From Octopus vulgaris (lineage: Eukaryota): a DNA stretch of 64,000 nucleotides. Each line of letters opens with the position of its first letter. The first letter of the stretch is position 1. The notes beneath the pieces were generated by a model that saw nothing but the letters and a program-made list of their open reading frames with translations, was not told the DNA's origin and made no database searches. Both the position numbers and the translations under genes were made by a program. Below, piece by piece: positions 12,477 to 26,178 of this stretch. Where the stretch lies: positions 152,520,001 through 152,584,000 of the forward strand of contig OX597815.1 of the NCBI GenBank assembly GCA_951406725.2. The letters run 5' to 3'.

Positions 12477-13577
12477 TTAGGTTGGCAACTAAGTTCCTGC
12501 CGCTTTTTTAAACTAAAATTTTTCAAAAGGTTTAATAAAAAATAACAACTAATTAATCAAAAATGTATTCACCTTTGTTGTTTACAACTTCTTCCTAATG
12601 TTCAACAGGATTTTCAATACCTCATTGGTAGAAACTACCCGATTTCAACTCGAAAAATTGATCCAACTAAGGTCTCAATTCTGCATCAGTATTGAACGAA
12701 ACTCCGCACATAACATTTGAAAAAGATCGAAAGAGGTGGAAATCCATTGGTGCCAACTCAGGAGAGTATGGCGGGTGTGACAGCACTTTCCAGCCATGCA
12801 TTTGAATGGCTTCCTTCGTCATAATGGCAATATGATGGTGGGCGTTGTCGTGGAGCAGAAGAACTCCATGCTGCCGATTAGGTATTTTCCCTTCAATAGC
12901 CATCTTGAGTTGTTCCTTATGCTGCTTCATATTAATGTACAGGCACTATTTTTTGTTGCCAGTAACGATTCAGTAAAGAAATCGTTGCTTGTGGCCATGA
13001 GTTGAGCGGTGACAAGCAAGCAAATGAGCGAAGATTGTGGCCCGTTGATTTTTGTTGTTGTCACTTAAAGCATGCGGAACCTATGCTCCATACTTCTGAA
13101 CTTTCCCCATCGAGTGAAGATGCTTCTCTATAGCAGTGAGGGAGCATTTTCCCTGCCAGTTCCATTGTCGTTTGACGAAAATTTTCATGCAAAAGTTAGT
13201 TTAATCGCTCTTCATCAAACTCAACCCGACGGTCAGAACGAGGTGCGTTTTTGAGGATAAAGTTTCCATTTTTGAACTTGGCATACCAATCACGAGTGGT
13301 TCTTTCAGCTAAGGCACCCTCTCCATACACAGCACAAATGTCGCGAGCAGCTTTTGCGGCCTTAGAACCTTGATTAAAAGCAAAAATAAGGAGGTGACGA
13401 AAATGCACGTTCTTCTCAACTTGACATTCCATTTTAATAATCTGAAATTAAACAAAAATTAAATAAAATCAACTAGAAAAAAAATAAGATTCCAAAATGA
13501 TTCAAAAATAGAATTCTCAAAAAGAAAAAAAGATTCCAAAATTTAAAAAAACGGCAGGAACTTAGTTGCCAACCCAG
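12477..13577 (-). mobile_element. Mariner DNA transposon, degenerate and internally deleted
   Basis: TIRs ttaggttggcaactaagttcctgccg / cggcaggaacttagttgccaacccag flanked by TA. HTH region, VPHALS, LLHDNA and YSPELAPMDFHLF motifs. Confidence 0.93.
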
Positions 13578-13790
13578 TATATATATATATATGCATATAT
13601 ATACATATATATATTAATATACATATATATATATACATATATACATATATAAACATAAATATACATATATATATATATATATATACCTATATATACATAA
13701 ATATACATATATATATATATACATACAATATATATATATATAGAGAGAGAGAGAGACAGAGAGAGAGAGACAGGCAGAGAGAGAGAGAGA

Positions 13791-13791
13791 T

Positions 13792-13872
<81 letters not shown>

Positions 13873-14990
13873 CTTTCTTTATTGGCCACACAGAGCTGAA
13901 CATAGATACAATGACAGATACAATGTAGAGATTTTCTTTTCAAGGGGGCGAAAACAAAAGAAAATGAAAAACAAAATTAGGGACAATGATCAATAGGGAT
14001 CGAAATCATTTGGGATATATAAAGTAATGCAAAAAGTTCCAAAAGAAATGGGGAGGTTTATCTGTGGAAAGCGAAACCTACAAAAAGATCACGGTAACTC
14101 GGGCAATAATGTCACATATTAACACATTTATTTACAAGTAAGTAATTCTGTTTTAAATTTTTTGTTTTTTTCCAGTTCATAGAATCATGCTCAAGGTGGC
14201 TTCATCATTTACACGAGCGATCCTTGCTACATTCACCCATCTTTTTTTTTAAACATTCGCTAGACAAAACTTGCCTCTCTACTCTTACCTTCCTTTTCAA
14301 ATGATACTTGAAGAAGTTGACGAGAGATTGACCAGAGAGAAAAGAGTTTGTCTCTAATCCTTTCAGACACATCCACCAGATACATTCTTTTGCCATAGCC
14401 ACACGTACAATGAAAATAGCTCTTCCATCCCGTTTGAATATTGACGATAGGCTCAGTTGATAAACTGACCCGTCCCACATGTGACAGCAGTCGTTCAACA
14501 TAAGCCCACAGGTCAGAAATGGTTGGACACTGCACGAATGCGTGCAGAATGCTTTCGTCACTCCAACCGCATCTCGGGCAGGTCAGCCCCGTGTTTCTCG
14601 AGCCGTGCTTGTAGAGCTTATCCTGAACGGGTAGCGCTTCTTGATAGCACTGCCAGGCCAGGGATCTCTGGTAGTTGTCCATAGGTCCCAGCCCGAAAGT
14701 CATCTTGAACAAGCGGGTCAGGTATTCCTCATAGACGCCCAGGTTTGTCCTGAGATCATCATTGTACCACCCCTCCACTAATCCCCTATAGAATGCTTTG
14801 GTTGTGTTGAAGTCACTCAAGGTCGAACTGGGATGGCATAATTGCTCCAGAGCAACACGACACTTGCAGTGCCATTCACCCTTCCTCGGCCTCTTTTTGA
14901 TCCACAACTGCATTTCGGTCATGGAGATGAGCTGCAGGAAAGCGCATGTCATAAATGGTGACCACACTTGTCCACCGTTGTCTACGTAGA
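13791..14990 (-). mobile_element. 5'-truncated L1/Tx1 LINE with (TCTA)n tail
   Basis: C-terminal zinc knuckle CPRCGWSDESILHAFVQC, aataaa signal, (GATA)n on the + strand at 13791-13870. Confidence 0.88.
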
Positions 14991-15095
14991 GCCGGAAATG
15001 TGAATGAATACATGTTTATGTGTGTTTGTGTTTCTCTGCATGTATGTATGTTTAAAGTCCTAATGTTTTGTGTGTGTGTGTGTGTATGTGTGTGT

Positions 15096-15131
<36 letters not shown>

Positions 15132-15213
15132 ATGTTTATGTGTACGTGTATGTGGCTGAAGTTGCTGATATTTTGTATTTTCTTCTTTTACAGATTAATT
15201 TCCATCTGGAAAT

Positions 15214-15404
15214 ATGCTCAGTCAAATCATACCATTTAGGCTGACTTTTGTGTTGATACTGTATACGAGGTTTCTATTAGAGAGTCATGCTGTTTCAACC
15301 ATCTGCCAATCATGTAGTTGCGATGGATTACCAATGAGAGTAAATTGTCAAAATCGAGGACTGATTTCAGTCCCCCAAACGATTCCCCTAAATGTCATAT
15401 CTTT
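15214..15404 (+). CDS. Host gene coding exon 1: signal peptide + LRR N-terminal cap (exon starts at 15194 and includes 5'UTR)
   Basis: Acceptor ttcttttacag|15194. In-frame TAA 18 nt upstream of ATG 15214. Translates MLSQIIPFRLTFVLILYTRFLLESHAVSTICQSCSCDGLPMRVNCQNRGLISVPQTIPLNVIS (hydrophobic leader, CxxCxC..C, GLxSVP). Phase-2 donor |gtaagt at 15405. Confidence 0.9.
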
Positions 15405-15750
15405 GTAAGTAGCCAATTTTTACATATTTTCCACATCCAGTATTTTAAATCCTCATTGATTATGTTCTCAGCTGATTTCTTATGGCCTTGACCTAACAGC
15501 TACAATGTTATGATTGGAGTAAATTGGATCGATATGTAACATACCATGAAGTAGACTGTTTCTCAATTCCTTTCAACTTCTATTGAATCTATACCTTTAC
15601 AGTATTGCCAACAAATGTGGAATCAGACTAATATCTAAACTTTGACGATATTAGTCTGATCACATGAAAACTCTTTATGGCATATTCAGGGAAGCAAATA
15701 TATGGAAATTTTGGTATTACAAAATATGTTGCAGATATCGTAGGATTATA

Positions 15751-17043
15751 CGAGGGCCGTTCAATAAGTAATGCCCCTGACCCACTTCCCATAGTAGTAG
15801 AGCAACAAATCTTATCACAGTAATTAGTCTTTTTTCTACATAGGAACCACCCAGAGTTACGCATTTCTCCCATCGTTTGATGCAGCTCTGGAGACCGTTT
15901 TTTTAGAAGACCTCAGCTTGGTCCTCCAACCACGACGTGACTTCAGAAATCAAGGCTGCATCATCTTGGAAACGCTTTCCTTTCAAAAACAACTCCATGG
16001 ATGGGTAGAGGTGAAAATCAGAGGGTGCAAGGTCAGGAGAGTAGGGGGGATGGGGGAGGAGTTCATAGCCGTACGCCTGTGCTTCTTATCTGGCGACACA
16101 CGAGTTGTGGACCGGAGCGTTGTCCTGCAGGAGGAGAATGCCTTTGCTGATCTTGCCCCGCCTCTTGATTTTGATAGCTTCTCTTAATTTCCTCAAAAGT
16201 GAAGCATAATAGGCTCCTGTAATTGTGGTACCCTTTGCCAGGAAATCTGTCATCACTACTCCGTCCTGGTCCCAGAAGACTGTGAGCATGACCTTGCCAG
16301 CAAAGGGCTGCACCCTTGCCTTCTTTGGAGGAGGTGAATCACGCTGCTTCCACTGCATTGACTGGGCTTTGGTCTCTGGATTATAGTGATGGACCCAGCT
16401 TTCATCCTGTGTAATCAGTCTTTTGAAAAATTTTGACTCCTCTTCTTAGCACATCTCCAAATTCCTCCTCGAGCACTCGACGCGTTCTTGCTTCTGGAAA
16501 GGTGTGAGCAACCTGGGAATCCATCTGGCAGACACCTTTTGCATATTCAAATGGTCATGAATGATAGTTTCCACAGACCCGGTGCTAATCTTGACCTGAT
16601 GGGCTATTTGGCGAATTGTTATGCATCGATCTTCCAAAATGGCAGCCTCAACTTGACAGACAGATTCCTCATCAATGGCAGAAAGGAGGCGACCAGATCT
16701 GGGAGCTGTTTCCACAAAGTTCCGACCATGTTTGAATTCACGATGCCAGCGTTTTACAAGGTCATATGATGGGGCATCATCACCATAAGTTACTTTCATT
16801 TCATCAAAAGTCTCCCGTGGTGTGCGTCCTTTCAAATACAAAAACCGGATCACTGCTCGACACTCAACAGGCTCCATTTCACACTTGACTCAGTTCAAAC
16901 ACCTGTAAATAAGAAACCACAATTAGTTCGGAGCTGTAATTTGCCACTAAATCTATAAAAATATAGATAATTGTACATGCAAAATTTCAGCTAGATCAAA
17001 CAATTGCAAGTGGGTCAGGGGGGTTACTTATTGAACGTCCCTC
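15751..17043 (-). mobile_element. Near-complete mariner transposon (transposase pseudogene ~16877->15824)
   Basis: TIRs cgagggccgttcaataagtaa / ttacttattgaacgtccctc flanked by TA. WIPRLL, TQDESW, LQDNAP and YSPDLAPSDF motifs. Premature stop at 16446 plus a frameshift. Confidence 0.95.
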
Positions 17044-18351
17044 TATGATTTCAATTAGTTGAAGATGTTTACAGCTAGTGATATAATTCCAGTTGATCTA
17101 GTCACAAAATGGTATTTTTTTATTGAGTGTTTGTATTATTTTACATTAAAAATGATACTGTCAGACTGGTTAAACTTCAGATAATAACAAGATCCTCTTG
17201 AATTGCCAGATTCATAAATTTATAAAGGAAGGATGGCAGTCTTGGTGGGATAAGTTTCTTGAAATATATGATAAAATAAAATACATTAATTATCTAATAT
17301 ATCTTCAGCCAATCATAATATCTAATCTATTCCCAGGGATAATTTTGTATTAAATGGCAAACATTATTGTATTAATGACTTTAAGCTTTTGGTTTAAAGC
17401 AAATATTTGAATAATACAATGAAATAACTCAATTGACCAAACCCACTTCTCGACAAATTTGGGACATTTCTGATGAAATGAGAAATCCATATATAATACA
17501 AGACCAGGTTTGAATTATGACGTTAACTAAATCTCGTAAACCTAAGTCAATATTTTATTTAAGAGGTCTGGTATTTTCAGGGTTTAGTTAATAATTTAGG
17601 CAAAAATTGGTAGAATCTTCAGACAGTTAATGTAGCACGAAAGCTCGCAATATCTGTTCTGATGCTTGGCTCTCTGACTACAAATACCACAGAATTTAAC
17701 TTTACTTTTCAGTATTTAGGGGTCAGTAAATAAAATATCCATCTAGAGCAGTGGATTTGTAGATATGTAACAATGTTGGATTCCATGTGCTTTCAATATT
17801 TGTTAAAACTCTCTGCCTTCTGAGTTCAAATCCCACCTTAACCTACTTAAGTGACGAACTAAATGCCCCTCGGTTTAACATCACCTTATGACAATTTGGG
17901 CCTCTTTAGTAGAATCCACTTTGTTGTAAGCATTCGAGTCAGACCTCTAGTTTAAGAATCCCTCTCTATTTTTCCTACTAGACTTGGAGGTCCTCTAAAG
18001 GGTCATGGACAATGTCCTCCTGATTAAAAGAATATAAAAGGGAATCCTTTATGGCTGTCAGAATCCATAGATTAATAAATGTAACGTAAAGCTCTGTTCC
18101 CTATTTAAAAAAGAGCTGGACTTTATTCAAGAAAATACTTTGGATTTTTCATTAGGCATTTATGATAACCTAGCAAAGGAATTTTTTACAATCCTTGTCC
18201 TCTGTTCTGAAATTTTAGTTTCAAGAAATAGGCTTAGATTTTTTTAAAAAAATTTTATCTTGATTAAGTTCAGCTGCAATGTTTTAACAGTTTAGACAAC
18301 AGGAGAAATATATTTTTGAAAAATATTTATTTATATCATGTTGGTAGAATA

Positions 18352-19293
18352 TCATCATCATCATCATCATCATCATCATCGTTTAACGTCCGCTTTCCGC
18401 GCTAGCACGGGTTGGACGGTTTGACCGGGTCTGGGAAGCCAGGGGCCGCTCCAGGCTCCAGTCTGAATCTGGCAGAGTTTCTACGGCTGGATGCCCTTCC
18501 TAACGCCAACCACTCCGTGAGTGGATTGGGTGCTTTTTACGTGCCACCTGCACAGGGGCCGGAGGGTCCGGCATCGTCACGATCGGTTCGAGCATTTTAA
18601 CGTGTCAGCGGCACGGGGGCAACGAGGTCCGGGGTACTTTGGGGATCGGGGTATTTTGGGGATCCGGGGTACTTTGGGGATCCGGGGTACTTTGGGGATC
18701 CGGGGTACTTAGAATGGGTGGGGGGTATGTGGAATTGCTGCAGAAAGCAGCCCGGGTCTTTGTAGTCACAGCATATCTCCAGAGATCTCGGTCCTTCGTC
18801 ATTGCCTCAGTGAGGCCCAATGCTCTGAGGTCATGCTTGACCACCTCATCCCATGTCTTCCTGGGTCTACCTCCTCCTGATACCTTCAACTGTTTGGGAG
18901 TGGCACTTCTTCACACATCTCTCTTCATCCATCCGCAGCACATGACCATACCATCGCAAGCGTCGCTCTTGCACACCACATCTGATGCTTCTTATATCCA
19001 GCATTTCTCTCAGGATACTTACACTCTGTTTTGCGTGCACACTGACACTACACATCCAGCGGATCATGCTAGCTTCATTTCTTTCAAGTCTACGCATGTC
19101 TTCTGCAGTCACAGCCCATGTTTCATTACCGTGAAGCATGGCAGTTCGCACACATGCATCATACAATCTACCTTTTGCTCTGAGGGAGAGGCCTTTTGTT
19201 GCCAGTAGGGGTAGGAGCTTTCTGAACTTTGCCCAGGCTATTCGTATTCTAGTGGTGATACTCTCTGTGCATCCACCTCCGCTACTAACTTGG
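18352..19293 (-). mobile_element. 5'-truncated RTE LINE (second subfamily) with an 18-bp tandem repeat in the 3'UTR
   Basis: RRLRWYGHVLRM and RPRKTW motifs; (ggggtactttggggatcc)n at ~18629-18710; (CAT)n tail. Confidence 0.88.
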
Positions 19294-19761
19294 TATATAT
19301 AAAAATTTTTATGTCATAAAATAATGACTTGTTTGTTTGGTAAACACCCCTTTGAGAATGAGAAGGTTTTTAAAATCATTTTTCATTTGGTGAGAATAGT
19401 CCTCATCTTTTCCAGCTTCTTCTGGATGCATTTTTTTTTTGTAAATGTTTGATCATTCTCTAAGACTTGTTTCATTATGAGAACAATTTTTTCACATTAT
19501 AAACATAACGACACTTGCTCATTATTTGTAAATGGAATAAATCCCTATTTCAAATATTCACTGAAGTACTTCTTTTTTCTGCTCATTCTAAATTTTTTAA
19601 ATAGTAACATATCCAACAGTTGCATATAATTATATCACTAAAGAAAATATAATGGAGATCATAATATAAAAAAAACAAAAAAACAAGCAAGACTGCTTGC
19701 CAAATAATGCAATTCAAAACAGAAATATAAAATTAAAGCTTAATCATTCTTGTTAAAACAG

Positions 19762-20346
19762 GTCTTTAGCAATGATGTATTCTTATCTTTAGCTATGACA
19801 TATACTTATCTTTAGCTATCATATACACTTATCTTTAGCTATAATATATACTTACCTTTAGCTATGATATATACTTATCTTTAGCTATGATTTATTCTTC
19901 TTTTAGCTGTGATGCATGATTGTCTTTAGCTATGATATATACTTGTCTTTAGCTATGATATATACTTATCTTTAGCTATGATATATATACTTAGCTTTAG
20001 CTATCATATATACTTATCTTTTGCTATGATATATACTTATCTTTAGCTATGATACATAATCATCTTTATTTATGCTATCATATATACTTATCTTTAGCTA
20101 TGACATATACTGATCTTTAGCTATGATATATACTTGTCTTTATCTATGATATATACTTATCTTTAGCTATGATATATAATTATCTTTATCTATGACATAT
20201 ACTTATCTTTAGCTATCATATATACTTATCTTTAGCTATGATATACTTGTCTTTAGCTATGATATATACTTGTCTTTAGCTATGATATATACTTATCTTT
20301 AGCTATGATATATATACTTACCTTTAGCTATGATATATACTTATCT
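19762..20346. repeat. 23-bp minisatellite (cttatctttagctatgatatata), ~25 copies
   Basis: Direct head-to-tail units with no spacers. Confidence 0.93.
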
Positions 20347-20879
20347 CACATTTTTTTATAACCATTACTAGTTTTATTATGTAGAATATAATTATTACTA
20401 AAGGTAAAATTTATTGTGTTAATTATGTTATCTCACTGCCTGCTAAAGCCTATTGCCCATTTCAACATACCCAGTGCCCCCTAGGGCACAGTACTGCCCA
20501 CGTTGCAAACCCTGATATAGATGATTCATTTAACTGTGTTAATTAACTAACATTTTTCTGAGAAATGGATTCTCATATATATTTAATAGCTTCTGATATG
20601 CATGCATGTGTAATTTTTAGATAAATGAAAGCGTTATAAAGACTCATTGTGGGTTGAATATGAATGACAATGTAAACATATTCCTTCTTGATACTAATGT
20701 ACACCATAAAGAAGGGGGCCTCCTACCTGACAGTTTCATGGTTTATTGACTGTTCCTCAGAGAAGGCGTCAAAAATTTGTTGTTTTTTACCTCCTTTTTC
20801 TCTATGAGGAAAAGTTTGTATGACATTTCAATTCATTGTAAGATGAGAACTACAAGTTTAAAGAAGGAAAATAATCTTT

Positions 20880-21232
20880 TCAACTCTAGGCACAAGGCCC
20901 GAAATTTTGGGGGAAGGGGCTAGTCGATTAGATTAAAGGATAAAAGGCAAAATTGACCTTGGCGGGATTTGAACTCAGAACATAAAGACAGACAAAATAC
21001 CTATTTCTTTACTACCCACAAGGGGCTAAACACAAAGAAGACAAGCAAGGACAGACAAACGGATTAAGTCGATTATATCGACCCCAGTGCATAACTGGTT
21101 CTTAATTTATCAACCCCGAAAGGATGAAAGGCAAAGTCAACCTCGGTGGAATTTGATCTCAGAACGTAACAGCAGACGAAATACCACCAAGCATTTGGCC
21201 CAGCGTGCTAAGATTTCTGCCAGATCACTGCC
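20880..21232 (-). mobile_element. tRNA-derived SINE, family B
   Basis: ggcacaaggcccgaaatttt...aaggatgaaaggcaaagtcaacctcgg...tctgccag. Relatives at 3620, 22298, 25090-25660, 40926 and 55340. Confidence 0.75.
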
Positions 21233-21475
21233 TAGAGAATGAAAATAATAAGAAAATTGAATTGTATGTCTGAATAAAAAGTGAGTTGTTCCAATCATTG
21301 ATGAAGAAGGTTCGTTCTCAATGTTATTTCTTGTCAGAGTCCTGACAGCAACTGATATATTTTTAACTGCATGCTACAATGTATTAGACTGGGAAAAGAT
21401 ATTGGCACTGCCTTTGCTATGACTCAAGAAAGCACCACAGCAAAATAAACTGACTAAAGACAAGCTAGTCACGTA

Positions 21476-21874
21476 CAAGGGTGAGTCAAAAAGTAATGCC
21501 ATTTTGTTTGGGACAGGTATAATTACCAACACTGGAATATGTATCATATATCAAAATGAATTTGGTCCTTTGTGGATCACATCTCTACTTCTCAACATAG
21601 CCAGCGTTTCTCTCAATAGCAATGTTCCACCTTTCGAATGAGAGCATGTATCCCTGCCCCATAAAATTCTGTTGACTGTTCTTTGAGCCACTTCTTCACT
21701 ACAGTTTTCACTTCCTTGTCACTGGACTATCATCTCTTTGGCCCCATGAAAGAGGGTTTGAGAGGCAAACATTATTCCAGAGGACCAGCTTCGTTTTGAT
21801 GTATGATACACGTTCCAGTGTTGGTAATTATACCTGTCCTAAACAAAATGGCATTACTTTTAGACTCACCCTCG
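21476..21874. mobile_element. Mariner-derived MITE with ~90-bp terminal inverted repeats
   Basis: caagggtgagtcaaaaagtaatgccattttgttt...ctggaa versus ttccag...aaacaaaatggcattacttttagactcaccctcg; internal transposase C-terminal remnants. Confidence 0.85.
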
Positions 21875-22297
21875 TGATTATCAAGGGAAATAAGCAGCAG
21901 TTGCTACAGTATAATCGTACACTATGAAATACATAAATCCCGCCTGGGTGTTGCACAAAGGATATTAAAATTTTCTTTAAACTTGAAAAATTATTTCTCA
22001 CAGGCTGAGGTATAAATACATTTCTGACATACCAAGCGAAATACAACACGAGATATATAAACGCAAGGAAAGTCAACTAGGTGAACAATAATACCTGTTT
22101 ACGTAATAGCAATAAATATTGTATGACAGATTACTATCAACGAAAATCATTGTTTTCAATGGCGACAATGAGACCACTTCGTTGCAATTGCTGCAGATGT
22201 GTGTGTGTGTGTGTGTGAAGACAAGATAAACACAACGCACAGTTTATACCAATAGTTCCCCATTATACCTATTTGTATCTCAATATTTATTAATAAA

Positions 22298-22692
22298 GGC
22301 GGTGAGCTGGCAGAAATTTTAGCAAGCCGGGCGAACTGCTTAGGGGCATTTCGTCTGCTGCTGCGTTCTGAGTTCAAATTCTGCCGAGTCGACTTTGCCT
22401 TTCATCCTTTCGGGGTCGATAAATCAATTACCAGTTACGCACTGGGGTCGATGTAATCGACTTAATACCTATGTCTGTCCTTGTTTGTCCACTCTATGTT
22501 TAGCCCCTTGAGGGTAATAAAGAAATAGGTATTTTGTCTGTCTTAACGCTCTGAGTTCAAATTCTGCCAAGGTCGACTTTGCCTTTCATCCTTTCGGGGT
22601 CGATAAATTAAGTACCATTTGAGTACTGGGGTTGATCTAATCGACTGGCACCCTCCCCCAAAATTTTGGGTCTTGTGCCTAGAGTAGAAAAG
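22298..22692 (+). mobile_element. tRNA-derived SINE, family B, with internal duplication
   Basis: ggcggtgagctggcagaa (A box), tctgagttcaaattc (B box) twice, gtcgactttgcctttcatcctttcggggtcgat core. Confidence 0.8.
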
Positions 22693-22849
22693 AGTATTTA
22701 ATAGATATAAAATATTAAAATCAGTTATGTGTAACATATATATAATGTTGGTATACAGATCTGTTTATCCAATATCCAAAAATAAAAATGGAAAAAGCAG
22801 AATAAGGAAAGAAAAAGAAAGAGAAAAAAGGGTAAAAAAACCCACCAAT

Positions 22850-23980
22850 GCAACATCAAGTGCCTCATCACAAGGTTGGACAGAACTTACTGGAGCAAGC
22901 AAACATGCTCACAGCATTACCATGGGCAATGGCGAGGATAAAACATTGGAACAGCCAAGTACCCTCCCGGACATCACCTAGCACCTAGGTAAGGCGAGTT
23001 GCTAATGATGACAAGAATTTTACCATTAGCAGCCTAGTCCCTCCAAATGTCTCAAACACCACAGGCTGGAAGAGATAGTTCACTGAAAGGTCCCAATACT
23101 TAAGGATTTTGTTCTGTTCGGCTACATCCAGGATGTGGGAGGGAACAAAGGATTCACAGACTATGGCATCCCAGATGAGGCACTGACCTCTTACCCAGGG
23201 ACAGAGGGTAAAACCAACTCTTTCTATCACTTCTGCATAATTCCGCTGGTTCTAGAACTGAGGGGCTACTAACCCAAGCCAGAGCCCGCTTAACGATTAA
23301 GTTTAGCTTGGTGTGATGAGTGAAACAACCAGCATTTAGGTGGCAAGACAGACCATGATGACCTGTGGAGTGGAGGGGCCTACCAAAGTGACATTTCAAT
23401 TTCCCACAGATGCTGGTTCCAACTCTGAGTGCGATGGAGATGCAGAGCTCATTTTGACTGAGTAGACCCCCAATATTGGCCACAGGCAGAGCATCAGTCC
23501 AGTCCCCTGAGAATTTTGCACTAGCAGAAAGTAGGCAACACCTTGAAAATTGGTGAGATTGATTGAAGAGAGAGTTGAAAGTAGTATCTGATTGTCCCAT
23601 ATTCTCTGCTTCTATCTATCCTCCACTGTAACAGGAACTGACAAACTCAGCTCTCTCCACTGTAACAGAGATTCATCACTTCTTTGTTGGAACTCTGTTA
23701 GAGGGGAGAAGATGTTGCCTACCCAAGCGGAGCAAGTGTAGATGGCGGAAAGAAAATAGGGAAAAGACAGAGACGAGCACTTGTGTAGACTTAGACCTCC
23801 AAACCATTTGGGCAAAGCAGTTTGGTCGCGAGACTCTGAAAAGAGTTTGACATTGACCAAGCATTCGAGTTTCCTGAAGATTCGGTCGTCCAAGCACTGG
23901 AGAAACAATGAGAATCCATAAGAGGGACCACTCTGAAAAAATACTTTAACGAGGGAAGTAGCTAATAAAGATATTAACAC
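22850..23980 (-). mobile_element. Degenerate CRE-like non-LTR retrotransposon (restriction-like endonuclease C-terminus)
   Basis: LPKWFGGL; IALRVG..C..C..HGLSC; RHxxLN-like THHTKLN; LEP..GFTLCPWVRGQCLIWD; AEQNKILKY; FQPVVFETFG. Confidence 0.75.
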
Positions 23981-26178
23981 CTTAATGACTAGACAGAGTC
24001 ATTAATCCAATGGCTGTAATTATACCTCTGTTGCAGTAAGTAAAAACAAACACTTGTGTCAGTGCGTGAACAATTTCGTATCCAAGGTTTTATGCAGATG
24101 CGTAACAAACGAATTGATACTCTGAGTATAAAATGTTCAATCAAGTAATCTGGGATTGCAGTAAAAGGTTCTGAACATCTTGTCATGTTCCACGATGACA
24201 ATGAAATAACAGGAGGAATTCAAACTACAAAAATTACTTTCAGACAACCAGTAGGCGTAGAATACCAAAGCGAGTTAGCAAAGGAAAGAATAACGAATCC
24301 GTATGCCTGGCTCTCTCTCTCTCTCTCTCTGATGTTAACTTCGATTGGAAATCGCTTTCAAGCAGGCGATATAGCTTTGAACGCCCTCCCGTGAGTGCTC
24401 TAACAGTTACGCCTTGCATGCTAGCAAAGGAGGAGCTAACCACTGCTTGCTTGGGAATGCTTGGAACATTCGACAGGGGAGATAACTGTAGTTGATCCCA
24501 ACGAATATTTTGCGGGCTACGAACCTGTTTCAAACAGCGTTGCCTACAATAACTTAGGAATTGACAAGTAATTCCTAAGTACCAGAAAACTTCGGTGGAG
24601 CTCAGTTATTTCAAGGTTTTTAAAAAGTTGCTCAAGATGGTTAACCATCTTGGATCGAAAGCTCAGTCAGTAATTGGTCAGTAATTAGGGCCCCAAGAGT
24701 GCACCACGCCAATGAAGGAGGAACTGTGATAGAGGAGGAGGAGTCTGTAAACAGGTTTACAGTCTGCTGATGTGGAGTTGGATGGACGAGGAGCCAGCTC
24801 GCATTTAGGACTGTTAGCGCTAAGGCCTTTACGATCAAGTTACTCAATCATCGTCTTAGCAATTGCAAGAACCTTGTCAGAAGCACACCACCACCCACAA
24901 GCAAGCATCATGAAGATACTATATATTCAAGTTTAGGTCAACGTCCATCAAGGTAATATCATTAATAATTAGAGCAAACAGGGCAGGTCTAAGCGAGTCA
25001 ACCTTGATCTCAATGGATTTGGATGAAAATATACAACGGTTCTTCAGGGAAACACTTTATTACAATAATGTTAACACACACACACACGGAGTATTGATTT
25101 CAAATTTTGGCACAAGGCCAGCAATTTCGGGATAGGGGGTAAGTTGATTACATCGACCCGTGTTTATCTGATACTTGTTTCATCGACCTCAAAAGGATGA
25201 AAGGCAAAGTCGATGCCGGCAGAACCAAATCTCTGAACGCAATGACGGACGAAATGCCGCTAAGCATATCACCCGGCATGCTAACGAATCTGCTAGCTCG
25301 CCACCTCCATACATATGTAATATTGATTTCAAATTTTGGCACTAGGCTATCAATATCGGGGGAGAGAATAGTCCGTTGACATCGATCCCAGTGCTCAACA
25401 GGTACTTATTTTATCGACCCCGAAAAGATGACAGGTGAAGTCAACCTCGGCGGAATTTGAACTCAAAAATACATAAAGCAACGAGCTGGCACAATCATTA
25501 GCACGCCGGACAAAATATTTAGCGATATTTCATCCGTCTTTATGTTCTGAGTTTAAATTCTGTCGAGGTCGATTTTGCCTTTAATCGTTTCGGTATCGAT
25601 AAAATAAGTAGCAGTCGAGTACTAAAGTTGATGTAATCGATTTACCTACTCTGCTGAAACCAATATTTGAAACCAATATTAAATACAAACATAGAGAACT
25701 CAGCAGCCACGGATATGGACCGATTTCCAATGGGTAATCAACAGATGTGTCACCGTTCATCAACGATAGTGAGAGAAAAAAGCTGCTAATATTATCCAAA
25801 TATGTAACCAAAGTGATTATCTATTCAGGGGGAACAACTCGGCTAGACTTAATTATGAGATTATTGTTAAAAATTGTTATGAATGCGTAAAGGTTGTCAA
25901 GTTAAGATAAAAATTTAAGAATTATAAAATCGAAAATTTAAATTCAAAAATTAAAATTTTTAAATATTGAAAGATTAAAAATCAAACATTACAAACATTG
26001 GAATATTTACATTGAAATTCTAGATAAGATTTTAAAATATTATTTTAAATATATACATAAAATATATGAAAATTATAAAAAAATTGATATGATCCTCTGA
26101 TTTCATAATACTGAGGTCTACATGTTGCAGACATCATCATCATCATTTAGCGTCGTTTTCCATGCTGCTAGGTTAGAC

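Noticed and set aside
19762-20346. CRISPR-like periodicity
   Set aside because: Units are contiguous with no unique spacers, there are no cas genes, and the context is eukaryotic.
22004-22080. Possible LRR exon (LRYKYISDIPSEIQ...) after a good acceptor
   Set aside because: Lacks the conserved Asn and the downstream LxxL pattern. 77 nt with phase 2->1 is incompatible with the C-cap exon, and the donor is weak.
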